From positions 1 through 64,000 of the forward strand of contig QPMI01000225.1 in assembly GCA_004431415.1 (NCBI GenBank): a stretch of DNA of 64,000 bases. Direction: 5' to 3'. Below, one piece after another: positions 62,801 through 64,000 of this stretch. The translations under genes and the position numbers were made by a program. Within the stretch, counting starts at the first letter, position 1; every line of letters begins with the position of its first letter. The notes beneath the pieces are model-generated. The model saw only the letters and a list, made by a program, of their open reading frames with translations. It made no database searches and was not told the origin of the DNA. Origin of the DNA: Cyanophora paradoxa CCMP329. Its lineage: Eukaryota > Plantae > Glaucophyta.

Positions 62801-64000
62801 TTCTTAGCCGCGGCAGGCTTGTCTGCCTGGCCTTGGGGGGAGAGGCGTGGCTGACCTTCATGGGGAACGAATTCGGGCACCCCGTTCGCGTCCCCCCCTC
62901 CCTCCCCTGCCCTTTCTTTCTGACGTACCCCCGGCAGGAGTGGATCGACTTCCCGCGCGCGGGCAACGGAGACAGCTTCGAGCGCGCGCGGCGCCGCTGG
63001 AGCCTCGCCCGCGATCCGAACCTGCGCTACCGCTTCCTAGAGGACTTCGACGTCGTGCGCCGTACCCCTTTCCTCTCCCCGGGTAGTGAGCGCTGAACGG
63101 CGTACCCTCCTTCCGAATCGAAGGCCATGATGCGCCTCGAGGACGAGTACCGTTTCATGGACGCCCCGAAGCGCGTCGTTCTCGCGGACAACTGTGCGCC
63201 GCACCCCTTTTGAGTTCGTGTACCCCCCGAAGTCGATCCGCCCCGCCCCCGCAGCGGACAAGGTTATCGTCGTGGCCGTCAATCCCCCCCCGGAGGCCCT
63301 GCAAGGCTGGATCGTCGGGCGGCCGGTACACGTACCCCCACACGAGCTGCAGGGGCCCGCTTCAGCTGATCGGTACCCGTCGCCCTTTTACAGCCGGAGC
63401 GGGCGGTGGAGGGCGGGCCCGACCCCCCTGCGCGCCTCCTGCTCGTCTTCAATTTCCACCCCGTGCGGGCCCACTTCGACCTCCGCGTCGGCGTACCCTG
63501 GGCCGGCCGGTGCCCCTTTCTTTAACGCTCCAATTGCGTACCGCGTCCGCGCGCCGAACGCCGTACCCCCCAGGTACCGCGTGGTGCTGGATACGGACGC
63601 CCCCGAGTTCGGCACCGCCCAGCGCCGGTTCGGCCCCAGATTCGCTCGCTTTCGATTGTTTTAATTCGGATTCGAACCAGGCACGTGGAGCGGCATCTGG
63701 ACGCGGTGAAGGCGGCAGCCCGGCGGGAGCAGGGGGTACAGAGCTTCCCGGAACCCTGCCATGTACACGCTTTCAAGTTTCCTCCTACTTCCCCACTCTC
63801 CTTCGAATTCGAGCTAAAAAGCGCCCATCAGGGCCTGCCGCACTGCGTGAAGATCGACCTGCAAAGCCGCTCGGCCGCGGTGCTGCGCTGCGAGCCCGAG
63901 GGGCCTCCGCCGGCCGCCGCCCACGCCGCGCCGCGCCACCGTACCCGCGAGCGCGACCACCGTACCCCCACCTCCGCCGAGCGCGCCGCGCGGGCCGCTG
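59851..64000 (+). CDS. SBE: 1,4-alpha-glucan branching enzyme (GH13_8, starch/glycogen branching enzyme), runs off the window end
   Basis: REWAPGA; RVPAWIR; LRIYECH; [39 protein letters not shown]; DIVHAHAS; DGFRFDGVTSMLY (nucleophile Asp); AEDVSGMP (acid/base Glu); YLECHDQ; [16 protein letters not shown]. About 25 introns. Confidence 0.97.

Noticed and set aside
1-64000. Hundreds of long Pro/Arg/Gly/Ala-rich ORFs in the ORF track
   Set aside because: By-products of very high GC content, intron read-through and antisense frames; the real genes are spliced.

Overview
Eukaryotic nuclear DNA from a very GC-rich, intron-dense alga or protist; the style fits a glaucophyte or green-alga-like genome, but the taxon cannot be proven from this window. 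Genes are split by many short introns (donors G(T/C)GCGC-like, acceptors mostly GCAG, frequent sense-strand poly-C), so the ORF track is mostly noise. I rebuilt the genes by hand-splicing, and some ends are approximate. Left to right: (1) a TmcB/TmcC-like multi-pass membrane protein gene (855-13956). It carries a 3.8 kb terminal-inverted-repeat (TIR) transposon inserted exactly at a 3' splice site, and the CAG target-site duplication (TSD) recreates an in-frame acceptor. (2) A hAT-type MITE and a 148/151-bp higher-order tandem array. (3) A PLAC8 gene with two 8-nt microexons, an FAD-dependent amine-oxidase-like gene and several hypothetical genes. (4) A ~13 kb gene for a secreted or surface protein that looks like a patchwork of isolated 8-20 aa fragments of unrelated folds (Hcp-, thioredoxin-, MopE-, FG-GAP- and TIG-like) plus repeats I do not recognise; this is the best candidate for an undescribed system. 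(5) A VIT-vWA gene between two ~1.1 kb direct repeats, each holding tRNA-Ala(AGC), with the left repeat fused to a broken, duplicated tRNA-Lys 5' end. (6) A GH13_8 branching enzyme gene in which 7 of the first 22 introns are GC-AG. No CRISPR array, rRNA or transposase was found.
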